DNA of 64,000 nucleotides from Alphaproteobacteria bacterium (lineage in GTDB: Bacteria; Pseudomonadota; Alphaproteobacteria; Rhizobiales; JAJFHC01). Position numbers and translations under genes: made by a program. This document shows, piece after piece, positions 18,366 through 28,348 of this stretch. Under the pieces are notes generated by a model. It searched no databases and was not told the origin of the DNA. It was given only the letters and a program-made list of their open reading frames with translations. Within the stretch, counting starts at the first letter, position 1. The number at the start of each line of letters is the position of its first letter. The stretch lies in the NCBI GenBank assembly GCA_021775805.1, contig JAJFHD010000011.1, positions 110,887 through 174,886 on the forward strand, read 5' to 3'.

Positions 18366-19499
18366 ATGGACTTCAGTCTGAGTGCGGAGCAGAATCAGAT
18401 ACGGGAAACATTTGCACGTTTTTGCGATGAAGACATTGTTCCGCAGGCTGAGGCCCTAGACGAGGCCCATGCGTTTCCCAAAGACCTGTTCGAGAAACTC
18501 GGCACGTTGGGGTTTTTCGCCATGCGTTATCCCGAGGACCTCGGCGGTATCGACAGCGACCTGGTGACCCTTTGCATTGCGCTTGAAGAAATCGCCCGGG
18601 GATCGATGTCGCTGGCCGGCTGCGTGACGATGCAGTCGCTGATGGGCACCAAGTTTTTGCACATGCTCGGCAATGCGGACGTTCGCGAGCGGCTTCTTCT
18701 GCCGGCGCTCAAGGGCCATAAGATCGGCGGCATCTGCATGACCGAGCCGAATGCCGGCAGCGATCTGGGCGGGATTGCAACCAGGGCAACTAGAGTGGAT
18801 GGCGGCTACAGGCTCAACGGTCAGAAGATGTGGGTGACGTCGGCGCCTGTGGCGGACTTCTTTACGGTCTTTGCTAAAGCCGGTGATGAGGACGGGCTTA
18901 CGATTTTTCTGGTCGAGAAAGACTTCGATGGCCTGAAGGTCGGTCGCTCCATTGAAAAGATGGGTGTGCGGGCATTGCCGACGTCGGAAGTGGCCTTCGA
19001 GGACTGCTGCGTGCCTGACAGTCACGTGTTGAGCCGGGAAGAGGGCGACGGTCAGGCCCACTTGCGCCAGCTTCTGGCCGAAATCCGGATCGTGACCGGT
19101 GCCCTTGCCGTGGGCGGCGGGCGGGCGGCTCTCGACGAGGCCGTGCGGTACGCCGGCGAGCGGGCGCAGTTCGGCAAGCCGATCAACCGGTTTCAGGCGA
19201 TCCAGATGAAACTGGCGGAAATGGCGACCGATCTCGAAGCCGCGCGCCGGCTGGTGCACTACGCGGCCTGGCTCAAGGACGAAGGCAAGCCCCATCTCAA
19301 GGAAGCGTCGATGGCAAAGCTGTTTGCCTCGGAAGCCGCTGCCGATATCTGCGACAAGGCCGCCCGTGTTTTTGCGTCCTATGGATTTGCCATGGAGTAT
19401 CCGGTTCAACGTTTTCTGCGCGACATCCGTTTTACCCTGATTGGCGGCGGCACAAGCGAGATCTTGAAACTCGTCATCGCCAAGGAGGTGTCGTCATGA
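18366..19499 (+). CDS. Acyl-CoA dehydrogenase
   Basis: MTEPNAGSD, LNGQKMWVT, R.QFGKPI..FQAIQ, SMAKLFASE, IGGGTSEI. Confidence 0.93.
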   Translation: MDFSLSAEQNQIRETFARFCDEDIVPQAEALDEAHAFPKDLFEKLGTLGFFAMRYPEDLGGIDSDLVTLCIALEEIARGSMSLAGCVTMQSLMGTKFLHMLGNADVRERLLLPALKGHKIGGICMTEPNAGSDLGGIATRATRVDGGYRLNGQKMWVTSAPVADFFTVFAKAGDEDGLTIFLVEKDFDGLKVGRSIEKMGVRALPTSEVAFEDCCVPDSHVLSREEGDGQAHLRQLLAEIRIVTGALAVGGGRAALDEAVRYAGERAQFGKPINRFQAIQMKLAEMATDLEAARRLVHYAAWLKDEGKPHLKEASMAKLFASEAAADICDKAARVFASYGFAMEYPVQRFLRDIRFTLIGGGTSEILKLVIAKEVSS

Positions 19500-19891
19500 G
19501 TGATGCCAGGGTCCGTGTCCTTGTGGCGAAGCCGGGACTCGACGGTCATGATGTGGGCGCCAAGGTCGTTGTGCGGGCTCTCGTCGATGCCGGTTTCGAG
19601 GTCATCTATTCCGGCCTGCATCAGACACCGGAGAGCATTGCCAATGCAGCTCTGGAAGAAAGCGTCGATGTGATCGGACTATCGGTACTGTCGGGTGCGC
19701 ACATGCCGTTGTGCGAAAGGCTTCATGCGCTGATGATCGAACAGGGTCTGGAAGACAGGTTGTGGATCATCGGGGGCAACATTCCCGAAGCCGACCGGGA
19801 GGCGGTCAAGGCGTTCGGGTTCAGGGGCGTGTTTCCAACCTCCAGCAAGCTCGACGACATTGTCGGGTTCATACGGGAGAATGTGGCATGA
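19496..19891 (+). CDS. Cobalamin-binding small subunit of an acyl-CoA mutase
   Basis: AKPGLDGHDVGAKVV (DxHxxG), GLSVLSGAH, GGNIP. Confidence 0.95.
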   Translation: MSDARVRVLVAKPGLDGHDVGAKVVVRALVDAGFEVIYSGLHQTPESIANAALEESVDVIGLSVLSGAHMPLCERLHALMIEQGLEDRLWIIGGNIPEADREAVKAFGFRGVFPTSSKLDDIVGFIRENVA

Positions 19892-21501
19892 ACAAACATA
19901 CCAGTCCCGAAGACGTCGACCGGGTGGTCAACGAATCCGGGATCGAGATCAAGTCTCTTTATACGCGTCACGATATTCTGGAAAGTGGCGGGATCGATGA
20001 AAGCCGGTCGGGAGAGGCTCCTTTCACCAGGGGCATCCACTCGGAAATGTACCGAAAGCGCCCGTGGACCATGCGCCAGTATACCGGGTTCTCCAATGCT
20101 GCCGACACCAATGAGCGGTTCAAATACCTGATCGCAAACGGTCAGACCGGACTGAATGTGGCCTTCGACCTGGCAACCCAGTGCGGCTACGATTCCGATG
20201 CGCCCGAGGCCCTGGGCGAAGCCGGGCGGGTCGGCATGGCGGTCGACACGCTGCGGGATTTCGAGGTCGCTTTTGACGGTATCGATCTCGACCGGATCAC
20301 GGTGTCGCTGACCGTCAACGGGTCTGCAGCGATTTTGATTGCCATGTACCTGGCCATGGCGGAGAAACGCGGCTTCAACGTGGCCCAGTTGCGCGGCACG
20401 GCCCAGAACGATATCCTGAAGGAGTTCATCGGGCGCGGCACCTGGATCTTTCCTGTGGAGCCGTCGGTCAAGCTGGTCGCCGACACGATCGAATACTGCG
20501 CTGAGCATGCGCCGAAATACAGCCCGGTCAGTATCTGCGGCTATCATATCCGCGAGTCCGGAGCGAACCCGGCCGAAGAGATGGGGTTCGCGTTTGCCAT
20601 AGCGAAGGCCTACACGGATGCGGCCCTGGCGCGGGGCCTTGACATCGACGCTTTCGCCAACCGGCTTTCCTTCAATTTCAACATATTCGGCAACCTGTTC
20701 GAGCAGGTGGCAAAGTTCCGGGCGGGCCGGCGTCACTGGGCCAAGATCATTCTCGATCAGTACGGCGCGATTGATCCAAAGTCCGGCTGGATGCGGATGA
20801 TTGCCGGCGGCGGCGGCTTTGGTCTGACGATCGAACAGCCCGAGAACAATATTATGCGCGGGGCCTATTATGCGCTCATTGCAGCATTGGGCGGCGCCCA
20901 GACCATGGCGCTTTGCTGTTATGACGAGGCCTACACGATCCCCACACCCAAGGCTCAGCGACTCTCTTTGAGAACCATGCAGCTTCTGATCGAGGAAGTC
21001 GGCCTGTGCGACACGGTGGACCCGCTCGGGGGGTCGTATTATGTGGAAACCCTGACCAACCAGATGGAAGACAAGATCGTCGAGGCCATGGACTGGGTCG
21101 ACCAGGCCGGTGGTATCGTCCAGGCCGTCAGCGATGGGACGATCCAGGCCAAGGTTTCCCGGCAGGCATACCAGCGTCACAGGGACCTCGAATCGGGGGT
21201 CATGCGCAAGGTCGGGGTCAACTGTTACGAGGACGGCGACGAGGAAGACCATCAGGTGGAGCTTCACCCTTATGACCAGCATGGTGCCAAGACCCAGGTT
21301 GCCGCCCTGCACAAAATTCGCACCGAACGGGACAACGCTAAAGTGGATGCTGCGCTCAAGCGGCTACGGGTGGATGCAGAGGCCGGGTGCAACGTCATGC
21401 CGGCGCTGGTCGAGGCCGTAAAAGCCTACGCCAGCGTCGGTGAAATGACAGAGGTCCTGGTGGGATGTTACGGCCGCTACAAGGAGAAGTTCGTCATATG
21501 A
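19888..21501 (+). CDS. AdoCbl-dependent acyl-CoA mutase, large (substrate-binding) subunit, methylmalonyl-CoA mutase family
   Basis: PFTRG, WTMRQYTGF, GLNVAFDL.TQ.GYDSD, GTAQNDILKE, GYHIRE, DPLGGSYYVE. The ATG at 19888 overlaps the small-subunit stop. Confidence 0.95.
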   Translation: MNKHTSPEDVDRVVNESGIEIKSLYTRHDILESGGIDESRSGEAPFTRGIHSEMYRKRPWTMRQYTGFSNAADTNERFKYLIANGQTGLNVAFDLATQCGYDSDAPEALGEAGRVGMAVDTLRDFEVAFDGIDLDRITVSLTVNGSAAILIAMYLAMAEKRGFNVAQLRGTAQNDILKEFIGRGTWIFPVEPSVKLVADTIEYCAEHAPKYSPVSICGYHIRESGANPAEEMGFAFAIAKAYTDAALARGLDIDAFANRLSFNFNIFGNLFEQVAKFRAGRRHWAKIILDQYGAIDPKSGWMRMIAGGGGFGLTIEQPENNIMRGAYYALIAALGGAQTMALCCYDEAYTIPTPKAQRLSLRTMQLLIEEVGLCDTVDPLGGSYYVETLTNQMEDKIVEAMDWVDQAGGIVQAVSDGTIQAKVSRQAYQRHRDLESGVMRKVGVNCYEDGDEEDHQVELHPYDQHGAKTQVAALHKIRTERDNAKVDAALKRLRVDAEAGCNVMPALVEAVKAYASVGEMTEVLVGCYGRYKEKFVI

Positions 21502-21534
21502 GTTTGGAGTATTGATGCCGGATACGACACGGAC

Positions 21535-22779
21535 ATGATTACCGGTACAATCATTTCGATGGAACAGGCGTTGTCGATGACCTATGCGACCCTGCGGTTC
21601 GTTCAACTGGGGTGGCGGGTGATCAAGGTCGAAGCCACGCCGCATCATCCAGGTGCACTGCCGGGCGATCCGAACCGGTATATCGGGTCGGTGGTGGCGG
21701 ACGAAGGCCGGCGTTCTTACTTCGTGGCGCCGAATGTGGGCAAGGAGTCGATCGCGCTCAACCTCAAATCCGAGGAAGGGCAGGCCGCGCTCGCGCGCAT
21801 CATCAAGGAACTCCAGGCAGACGTCTTCTGCTGCAACACACTACCGGCACGCTACGAGGAACTGGGGATTTCCTACCACCGCCTGAAACAGGTGAAACCC
21901 GATCTGATCTGGGCTGGGATCTCGGCCATGGGACCGGATTATCCTGATGCTGCTGGTTATGATCCGGCAATCCAGGCAATGGCCGGTTTCATGGATGTCA
22001 CCGGATCGGCTGACGGACCGCCGACGCTTTCCGGTATTCCGCTGGTCGATCTCAAGGCCGGCGATGAAGTGTTTTCCAACGTTTGGATGGCGCTTGCCGA
22101 AAGGGCTGTCAACGGAACCGGCAAACGGATCGATGTGTCGATGGTGCAATCCGCAGCATCCTGGCTGATCACCCTGCTGCCCCTGATCGACTTCGGCTGC
22201 GAGGACTGGGAACTGGGACGATGCGGCAACGAACACCGCAAGTTTGTGCCGACAAACGCCTACCCGACGCGCGACGGTGCCGTGCTGTTGGCGATCGGCA
22301 GCGACGCCCTGTGGCAACGGCTGGTGTCGCTGCCGAGGTTTGCCGGTGTGGCCAATGATGTTCGTTCGACCAATCAGGGCCGGGTTGCCGATCGTCATGC
22401 CATACACACCGACATTGCCGCGGCCACGAAGGCGCACACCACCGAGGAAGTCGTCGGCGACCTGAAACAGGCACGCATTCCCCATGCGCCGATCCGGACC
22501 GTGCGTGAAGCCATGGAGCTGGCGGCGATCTCGGACAAGCTGACATCGACGACGACCCCGGACGGGACGGTTGTCCGCATGCAGCCTTCCGCCGTCGATA
22601 CCGGTTTCGAGAAAAGCCATTTTTCATTTCCACCGCAATATGGCGAACACACGGAGGCGGTGCTTCGGGAGGTCGGATACGGCCCGGATGAAATAACAGC
22701 GCTCAATCGCCAGGGCGCCATAGCCGGTCCGGATGCGATCACTCCCCGGAACGACACGCAGGAGAAAGTCGGGACATGA
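21535..22779 (+). CDS. Class III (CaiB/BaiF) CoA-transferase
   Basis: [39 protein letters not shown] (catalytic Asp region), GEHTEAVL. Confidence 0.9.
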   Translation: MITGTIISMEQALSMTYATLRFVQLGWRVIKVEATPHHPGALPGDPNRYIGSVVADEGRRSYFVAPNVGKESIALNLKSEEGQAALARIIKELQADVFCCNTLPARYEELGISYHRLKQVKPDLIWAGISAMGPDYPDAAGYDPAIQAMAGFMDVTGSADGPPTLSGIPLVDLKAGDEVFSNVWMALAERAVNGTGKRIDVSMVQSAASWLITLLPLIDFGCEDWELGRCGNEHRKFVPTNAYPTRDGAVLLAIGSDALWQRLVSLPRFAGVANDVRSTNQGRVADRHAIHTDIAAATKAHTTEEVVGDLKQARIPHAPIRTVREAMELAAISDKLTSTTTPDGTVVRMQPSAVDTGFEKSHFSFPPQYGEHTEAVLREVGYGPDEITALNRQGAIAGPDAITPRNDTQEKVGT

Positions 22780-23603
22780 CAAAACTTGAAGGCAAGGTCG
22801 CCCTGGTGTCGGGCGCGGGACGGGGTATCGGGCAGGCGATTGCCCTCAAGCTTGCGAGTGAAGGGGCCAGGGTCGTGCTCAACGACATCGATGCCGATCC
22901 GGCCGCCGAGACGGTCGAGAAGATCAAAGCCCTGGGCGGCGACGCGGTGGCAGTGGTCGGCGATGTCACGCAAACCGATTTCGTGGCGACTTTCGTCAAC
23001 GCCGCCACGGAAAAGTTCGGCGGGCTGGACATCATCGTCAATAATGCAGGGTATTCCTGGGATACGGTCATCCAGAAGACCAGCGACGAACAGTTCGATG
23101 CCATGATGGATATCCACGTCAAGGCGCCGTTCAAGATATTGCGGGCAGCGGCCGACCCGATCCGGGCCATGGCGAAGGCGGAGGCCGCAGAGGGCAGAAG
23201 GGTGCATCGTAAGGTCGTCAACATTTCCTCTATCGGAGGGTTGTTCGGAAACGCCGGCCAGATCGGGTACGCCTCGGGTAAGACCGCCGTGGTTGGCATG
23301 ACCAAGACTCTGGCCAAGGAGTGGGGACGTTACGCCGTCAATGTCAACTGTGTGGCCTTCGGGTTTATCCAGACGCGGATGACGGAAGTCTTCGAGGCAG
23401 AGCCAAAACTCACCCAGGTTGGTGACCGGGAAATCCAGATGGGCGTGCCGGAGGAATTTGTCAAAGGGCTGAGCCGGATGATCCCTCTGGGAAGGCCCGG
23501 TACACCCGAGGACGCCGCTAATGCCGTCTATCTGTTCTGCATCCCGGAATCTGACTACATCAGCGGCGAGGTCGTGGTTGTCAGCGGAGGGCTCGTCATC
23601 TGA
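22776..23603 (+). CDS. SDR-family oxidoreductase (FabG/3-oxoacyl-CoA reductase-like)
   Basis: [29 protein letters not shown] (YxxxK). Confidence 0.92.
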   Translation: MTKLEGKVALVSGAGRGIGQAIALKLASEGARVVLNDIDADPAAETVEKIKALGGDAVAVVGDVTQTDFVATFVNAATEKFGGLDIIVNNAGYSWDTVIQKTSDEQFDAMMDIHVKAPFKILRAAADPIRAMAKAEAAEGRRVHRKVVNISSIGGLFGNAGQIGYASGKTAVVGMTKTLAKEWGRYAVNVNCVAFGFIQTRMTEVFEAEPKLTQVGDREIQMGVPEEFVKGLSRMIPLGRPGTPEDAANAVYLFCIPESDYISGEVVVVSGGLVI

Positions 23604-23786
23604 TGGAAAGCCTGTGTTCTTTTGTGCAGAACAATGATTGAATTGGCGCTATCACGTTTGACCGGAATAAACTGCTCCGGTTACTGATGGGGCCAACATT
23701 CGAGCGGGAGGGCGTTGCAACCCTCCGAATAATTGTGACCGAGGGAGGCGGAGTTCGTCTGCAGGTCATCCAAAAGGAGGAAAAAA

Positions 23787-24803
23787 GTGTTGCACGATAA
23801 ATCAATTCTCAAATCCCTGGCCGTGGCCGCCGTCGTTACAGCGTCGGCCCTCATGCCAGGCAAGGCTCTGGCTGTCGACAAAGTGACGGCTGTTCACGCC
23901 TTCCCACCCTTCCTGGTCTACACCAAGACGTTTCTTGCCATGGTCGAGGACATCAACAAGAAGGGCAAAGGCGTCGTCGAGATCACCGTCAAGGGTGGTC
24001 CCGAAGCGATCGGAATGTTCCAGCAACCCAACGCCGTCAGTACCGGTGTTGTCGATATGGTTCACACGCCGGGCAGTTTCTATGGAGCCGAAGTGCCTGA
24101 AATCGATGCCATGGTGGCCTCAAAGTCAACGCCCATGGAAGTCCGCGCCAACGGTGGTGCGGCGATCATGGACGAAGTCCACCAGAAGCGCTTCAACGTC
24201 AAGCATCTGGGTTGGATCGATGCCGGCGTGCATTTCCACATCTATTCGGTCAATCCGCCGAAATTCCGGGACAACGGTCTGGTTGACCTCACTGGTGTGA
24301 AACTGCGCGACAATCCGATCTACCATGCCTTCTTCGAGGCCCTGAACGGCACAACGGCGTCGATGAAGGCGACGGAAGCATATGCTGCCCTCGAAAAGGG
24401 CACGATCGATGCCGCGGCCTGGACGTCCATCGGACTGATGCAGCTCAAGTGGGACAAGTTCCTGAAATACAGGGTCGATCCGGCCTTCTACACGACCGAC
24501 CTTGGCGTCATCATGAACAAGGATTCCTGGGACGGTCTGTCGGCTGAGTCCAAGAAGGTCATTCAGGACACGATCATCGAGTGGGAACAGAAATCCTTCG
24601 ATGCCCGCCAGGAAGACATCAAGAACGATGCCGCCGAACTCCAGAAACGCGGCATGAAATTTGTCTCACCCAGCGACGAGGGTGCTGCTGCCTATCTCAA
24701 ACTCGCCAACGATGCGTCGTGGGCGCGGATGAAGGGCCGTCTTGAGAAAAAGGGCGGTATGGAAAACTACGACAAACTGCGCAAGACCTATTTCAAGGAA
24801 TAG
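23787..24803 (+). CDS. dctP: TRAP transporter substrate-binding protein (DctP family)
   Basis: Signal peptide, DLTGVKLR with the carboxylate-binding Arg, EAYAALEKGTIDAA. AGGAGG RBS before the GTG. Confidence 0.9.
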   Translation: MLHDKSILKSLAVAAVVTASALMPGKALAVDKVTAVHAFPPFLVYTKTFLAMVEDINKKGKGVVEITVKGGPEAIGMFQQPNAVSTGVVDMVHTPGSFYGAEVPEIDAMVASKSTPMEVRANGGAAIMDEVHQKRFNVKHLGWIDAGVHFHIYSVNPPKFRDNGLVDLTGVKLRDNPIYHAFFEALNGTTASMKATEAYAALEKGTIDAAAWTSIGLMQLKWDKFLKYRVDPAFYTTDLGVIMNKDSWDGLSAESKKVIQDTIIEWEQKSFDARQEDIKNDAAELQKRGMKFVSPSDEGAAAYLKLANDASWARMKGRLEKKGGMENYDKLRKTYFKE

Positions 24804-24848
24804 GCAAGACTGAGCCCGAGCGAACGGTAACGAAGGAAACGTCCTGAT

Positions 24849-25343
24849 ATGCGGGTGATTGATCGAGTCTGTGATGCACTGGCGGTCCTTGCGGGGATCT
24901 ATCTGGTCGGCATCATGTTCGGCATCATCTTTCAGGCGACCGCCCGTTCGCTCGGGTATTCCGGTTCATCTCATGTTTTCACGTTCATTGAATTTGGACT
25001 GCTCTACATCGTCATGGCGGCCTCGCCCTGGCTGGTGCGCGAAAAGGGCCATGTCTTCATCGAGCTTCTGACAGCAGCCCTGCCGTCGTCGCTTACTGCG
25101 GGGTTCTCGAGGTTCGTATCGCTGCTCTGCGTGGTCCTGTGCCTTCTGCTGGTCTGGTACACGGGCGAGGCAACCTACAAGTCATTCCTCAAGGGCGATG
25201 CCGACATGCGTTCGATCGACATGCCGCGTTGGCTTCTTCTGATCAGCATGCCGATCTGTTTCGGACTTATGGCCTGCCAGTTTTCGCGTTTTGTCTTCGG
25301 ACCGGAGACCCTTCACAGCGGCGAAGCCGGTGTCCATGAATAG
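24849..25343 (+). CDS. dctQ: TRAP transporter small permease (DctQ)
   Basis: Four hydrophobic segments, REKGHVFIELL, located between dctP and dctM. Confidence 0.88.
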   Translation: MRVIDRVCDALAVLAGIYLVGIMFGIIFQATARSLGYSGSSHVFTFIEFGLLYIVMAASPWLVREKGHVFIELLTAALPSSLTAGFSRFVSLLCVVLCLLLVWYTGEATYKSFLKGDADMRSIDMPRWLLLISMPICFGLMACQFSRFVFGPETLHSGEAGVHE

Positions 25344-25385
25344 GGACAGGGCGGCAACGCTGAAGATGCCGGAAGGGGGGCAGAG

Positions 25386-26723
25386 ATGGAGTGGTATGTA
25401 GCCCTCGGCTTTCTGCTGGGTACCGTCCTGTTCTTCATGGCATTGGGGCTGCCCGTGGCCCTCGCGTTCCTGGCGGCGAATGTGTTTGGGGCAATCTATT
25501 TCATGGGCGGGAGCGGCGACCTGACCGTGCAGATGACGCGAGGCATATCCCAGCTTGCCCGCAATGCGATCCCGACGGTGTCGACCTTCAATCTTGTGCC
25601 GGTGCCGATGTTCCTTCTGATGGGAGAGCTGTTTTTCCATACCAGGTTGGCCAACCGGATGTTCAGTGCGATCGAACAGCTGATGGGCAGCATCCCTGGA
25701 CGACTGTCCTACGTTACGGTCGCCGGTGGCACGGCTTTCGCCACCCTGTCAGGTTCCTCCATGGGCAGCACCGCCCTTCTGGGTACCCTGATGGTGCCGG
25801 ACATGACGGGACGGGGCTACAAGAAACACATGGTTATCGGGCCGATTCTCGGTACCGGCGGGCTGGCCATGCTGATCCCGCCGTCGGCGCTTGCGGTGTT
25901 GCTGGCGACGCTCGCCAATCTCGATGTGGGCAGATTGCTGATCGCGGGCGCCGGGCCAGGACTGCTTCTGGCGTGTTTCTACGTCGTCCTGATTTACGTT
26001 CAGTGCCGGATTGATCCCAGTGCTGCACCAAACTACGACGTGGAAAGGATTTCGCTAGGCGCACGGGCGCTGCTGTTTGTGCGCGACGTGCTTCCCATGC
26101 TTGCCATCGTGGTTGCCGTCATCGCCCTGATGCTGATCGGCTGGGCGACGCCGTCGGAATCTGCCGCTTTCGGCTGTCTTGGGGTGCTGATCGCGGCCAT
26201 TGCCTACCGGTCGCTCACCTGGGACAGCATCAAGAAGTCTGTGATGGGCGCCCTGCGGGTCACAACCATGGCGCTGCTGATCATATTCGGATCGGCGACG
26301 TTTTCAGCCCTGCTTGCGTTTTCAGGCGCCAGTTCAGGGCTGATCAACTGGGCGACCGGATATGAGCTGGCGCCGATTGCCATGCTGCTTGTGATGTTCT
26401 GCATCCTTCTCGTGCTCGGCATGTTCATGGACCAGCTTTCCATGATGCTGCTGACGGTGCCGATATTCTTTCCCCTGGCGGAGACGCTCGGGTTCGATCT
26501 GATCTGGTTTGCGGTTATAATTCTGCTGGCACTGGAGATCAGCTTTACGACGCCGCCATTCGGACTTCTGCTGTTCGTCATGAAGGGCGTGTCGCCGCCG
26601 GGGACAACCATGCGTGAAATCTACATGGCGGCGATCCCGTTCATGGCCTGCGCGATGCTGGTTGTGGCACTGCTGATCCTGTTTCCCCAGATTGCCCTGT
26701 TCCTGCCCGGACTCGGGAACTGA
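25386..26723 (+). CDS. dctM: TRAP transporter large permease (DctM)
   Basis: PVPMFLLMGEL, SGSS, LIPPS, ATPSESAA, TPPFG. Confidence 0.93.
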   Translation: MEWYVALGFLLGTVLFFMALGLPVALAFLAANVFGAIYFMGGSGDLTVQMTRGISQLARNAIPTVSTFNLVPVPMFLLMGELFFHTRLANRMFSAIEQLMGSIPGRLSYVTVAGGTAFATLSGSSMGSTALLGTLMVPDMTGRGYKKHMVIGPILGTGGLAMLIPPSALAVLLATLANLDVGRLLIAGAGPGLLLACFYVVLIYVQCRIDPSAAPNYDVERISLGARALLFVRDVLPMLAIVVAVIALMLIGWATPSESAAFGCLGVLIAAIAYRSLTWDSIKKSVMGALRVTTMALLIIFGSATFSALLAFSGASSGLINWATGYELAPIAMLLVMFCILLVLGMFMDQLSMMLLTVPIFFPLAETLGFDLIWFAVIILLALEISFTTPPFGLLLFVMKGVSPPGTTMREIYMAAIPFMACAMLVVALLILFPQIALFLPGLGN

Positions 26724-26763
26724 AGGCAGACGACAATTTCAAAGGTTTTGAAGAAGGCATTCG

Positions 26764-28143
26764 ATGATGGACTACGGACGGATCGAAGGACAGATACAGG
26801 CTGAACTCACAGCGGTATTCGGAGACCGGCTGACCCTGTCGCCCGGTATTTTGGAACAGCATGGCCGTGATGAGTCCTACCATCCGGTACGCGCGCCCGA
26901 CGCGGTCGCGTTTCCGCGGTCCACCGACGAGGTCGCCCAGGCGATGCGTATCTGCACCAAGCATCGTGTGCCGGTTGTCCCGTTCGGCGCCGGAACCTCG
27001 CTGGAGGGGCATATCTCCGCGGTCCATGGCGGGCTCTGCATCGACTTTGCCGAAATGAACGAAGTGCTCAGCGTCAGCGCCGAGGACATGGACGCCACAG
27101 TTCAGCCCGGCGTGCGGCGGCGCCAACTCAACGAATATCTTCGCGACACCGGACTGTTCTTCTCCGTCGACCCGGGAGCCGATGCCTCGATCGGCGGCAT
27201 GGCTTCGACTAGGGCGTCCGGGACCAATGCGGTACGTTACGGCACCATGCGCGAAGTCGTGATGGGGCTGACGGTCGTGCTGGCCGACGGCCGTGTCATC
27301 GAAACCGGGGGACGCAGCCGGAAGTCGGCCGCAGGTTATGATCTCACGCGGTTGCTGGTGGGGGCTGAGGGAACGCTGGGCGTTATCACCAGCCTGACCG
27401 TCCGGTTGTTCCCGCAACCTGAGCAGATACTCTCCGCGGTGGTGACGTTTGACACCATGGGCGACGCCGTCACATCGGTGATCGAGACCATGCAGATGGG
27501 CGTCCAGGTGGCGCGCATCGAGTTCGTCGACGAAGTCCAGATCGATGCCATCAACCGGTACTCGAAACTCAACCTGGCGCTAAAGCCCACCCTGTTTCTT
27601 GAGTTTCACGGGTCAGAAATCGTCACGCGCGAGCAGATCGGGATCGTCACGGAAATCTGCGAAGGCAATGGTGGTGGCGATTTCGAGTGGGCGTCACAGC
27701 TTGAAGACCGGAACCGGTTGTGGCGTGCGCGACACGATGCGGCCTACGCCGCCCTTGCCGTCAGGCCCGGATGCCGCGCGGTGGTGACGGACATCTGCGT
27801 ACCGATTTCGCAATTGAGCGAATGCATCCTCGAAGCGCGCCGGCTGATCGATGCCTCGCCGCTCACCGGTATGAATGTCGGTCATGCGGGCGACGGCAAT
27901 TTCCATTCCGTCCTGCTGGTTGACCCAAAAGACAAGAGCGAGGTCGAAACGGCAAAGAACGTCAATGCCCAACTGGTGGAATTGGCCTTGTCGAAGGGCG
28001 GGACGTGTACCGGCGAACACGGGATTGGTCTCGGCAAGCGCGAGTTTCTGGCTCAGGAAGCAGGCGAAGGAATCGATGTCATGCGCGACATCAAGACGGC
28101 ACTCGACCCGCTCGGTATTCTCAACCCCGGCAAGATCATGTGA
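26764..28143 (+). CDS. FAD-linked oxidase (D-lactate/2-hydroxyacid dehydrogenase, GlcD-like)
   Basis: PFGAGTSLEGH, DPGADASIGGM, RKSAAGYDLT, GHAGDGNFH, TGEHGIG, LNPGK. Confidence 0.92.
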   Translation: MMDYGRIEGQIQAELTAVFGDRLTLSPGILEQHGRDESYHPVRAPDAVAFPRSTDEVAQAMRICTKHRVPVVPFGAGTSLEGHISAVHGGLCIDFAEMNEVLSVSAEDMDATVQPGVRRRQLNEYLRDTGLFFSVDPGADASIGGMASTRASGTNAVRYGTMREVVMGLTVVLADGRVIETGGRSRKSAAGYDLTRLLVGAEGTLGVITSLTVRLFPQPEQILSAVVTFDTMGDAVTSVIETMQMGVQVARIEFVDEVQIDAINRYSKLNLALKPTLFLEFHGSEIVTREQIGIVTEICEGNGGGDFEWASQLEDRNRLWRARHDAAYAALAVRPGCRAVVTDICVPISQLSECILEARRLIDASPLTGMNVGHAGDGNFHSVLLVDPKDKSEVETAKNVNAQLVELALSKGGTCTGEHGIGLGKREFLAQEAGEGIDVMRDIKTALDPLGILNPGKIM

Positions 28144-28200
28144 CTGCTTTTCATTCTGTCTGTCAAAGGCGGTGTGGTCGGGCAAACAAGCAACAAAATT

Positions 28201-28316
28201 CCGTTCACCGGGCTTGGCCCGATGCCTATTCGCGTTTGTCCCTTGCACAACACTGGAAGTGATGAAAATCCAGATGTGAGTGGGTCCCGGCTCGAGCTTT
28301 GCTCGTCCGGGAAACG
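28201..28316. repeat. REP-like intergenic palindromic repeat, copy 1
   Basis: Ends CCGTTCACCGGGCTTGGCCCGATGCCTATTCG ... TGGGTCCCGGCTCGAG..GTCCGGGAAACG match the reverse complement of the ends of 35368-35455. Lies between convergent genes. Confidence 0.7.
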
Positions 28317-28348
28317 AAGGTTGTGATCGCGAATTCCGAAAGTGCCGA

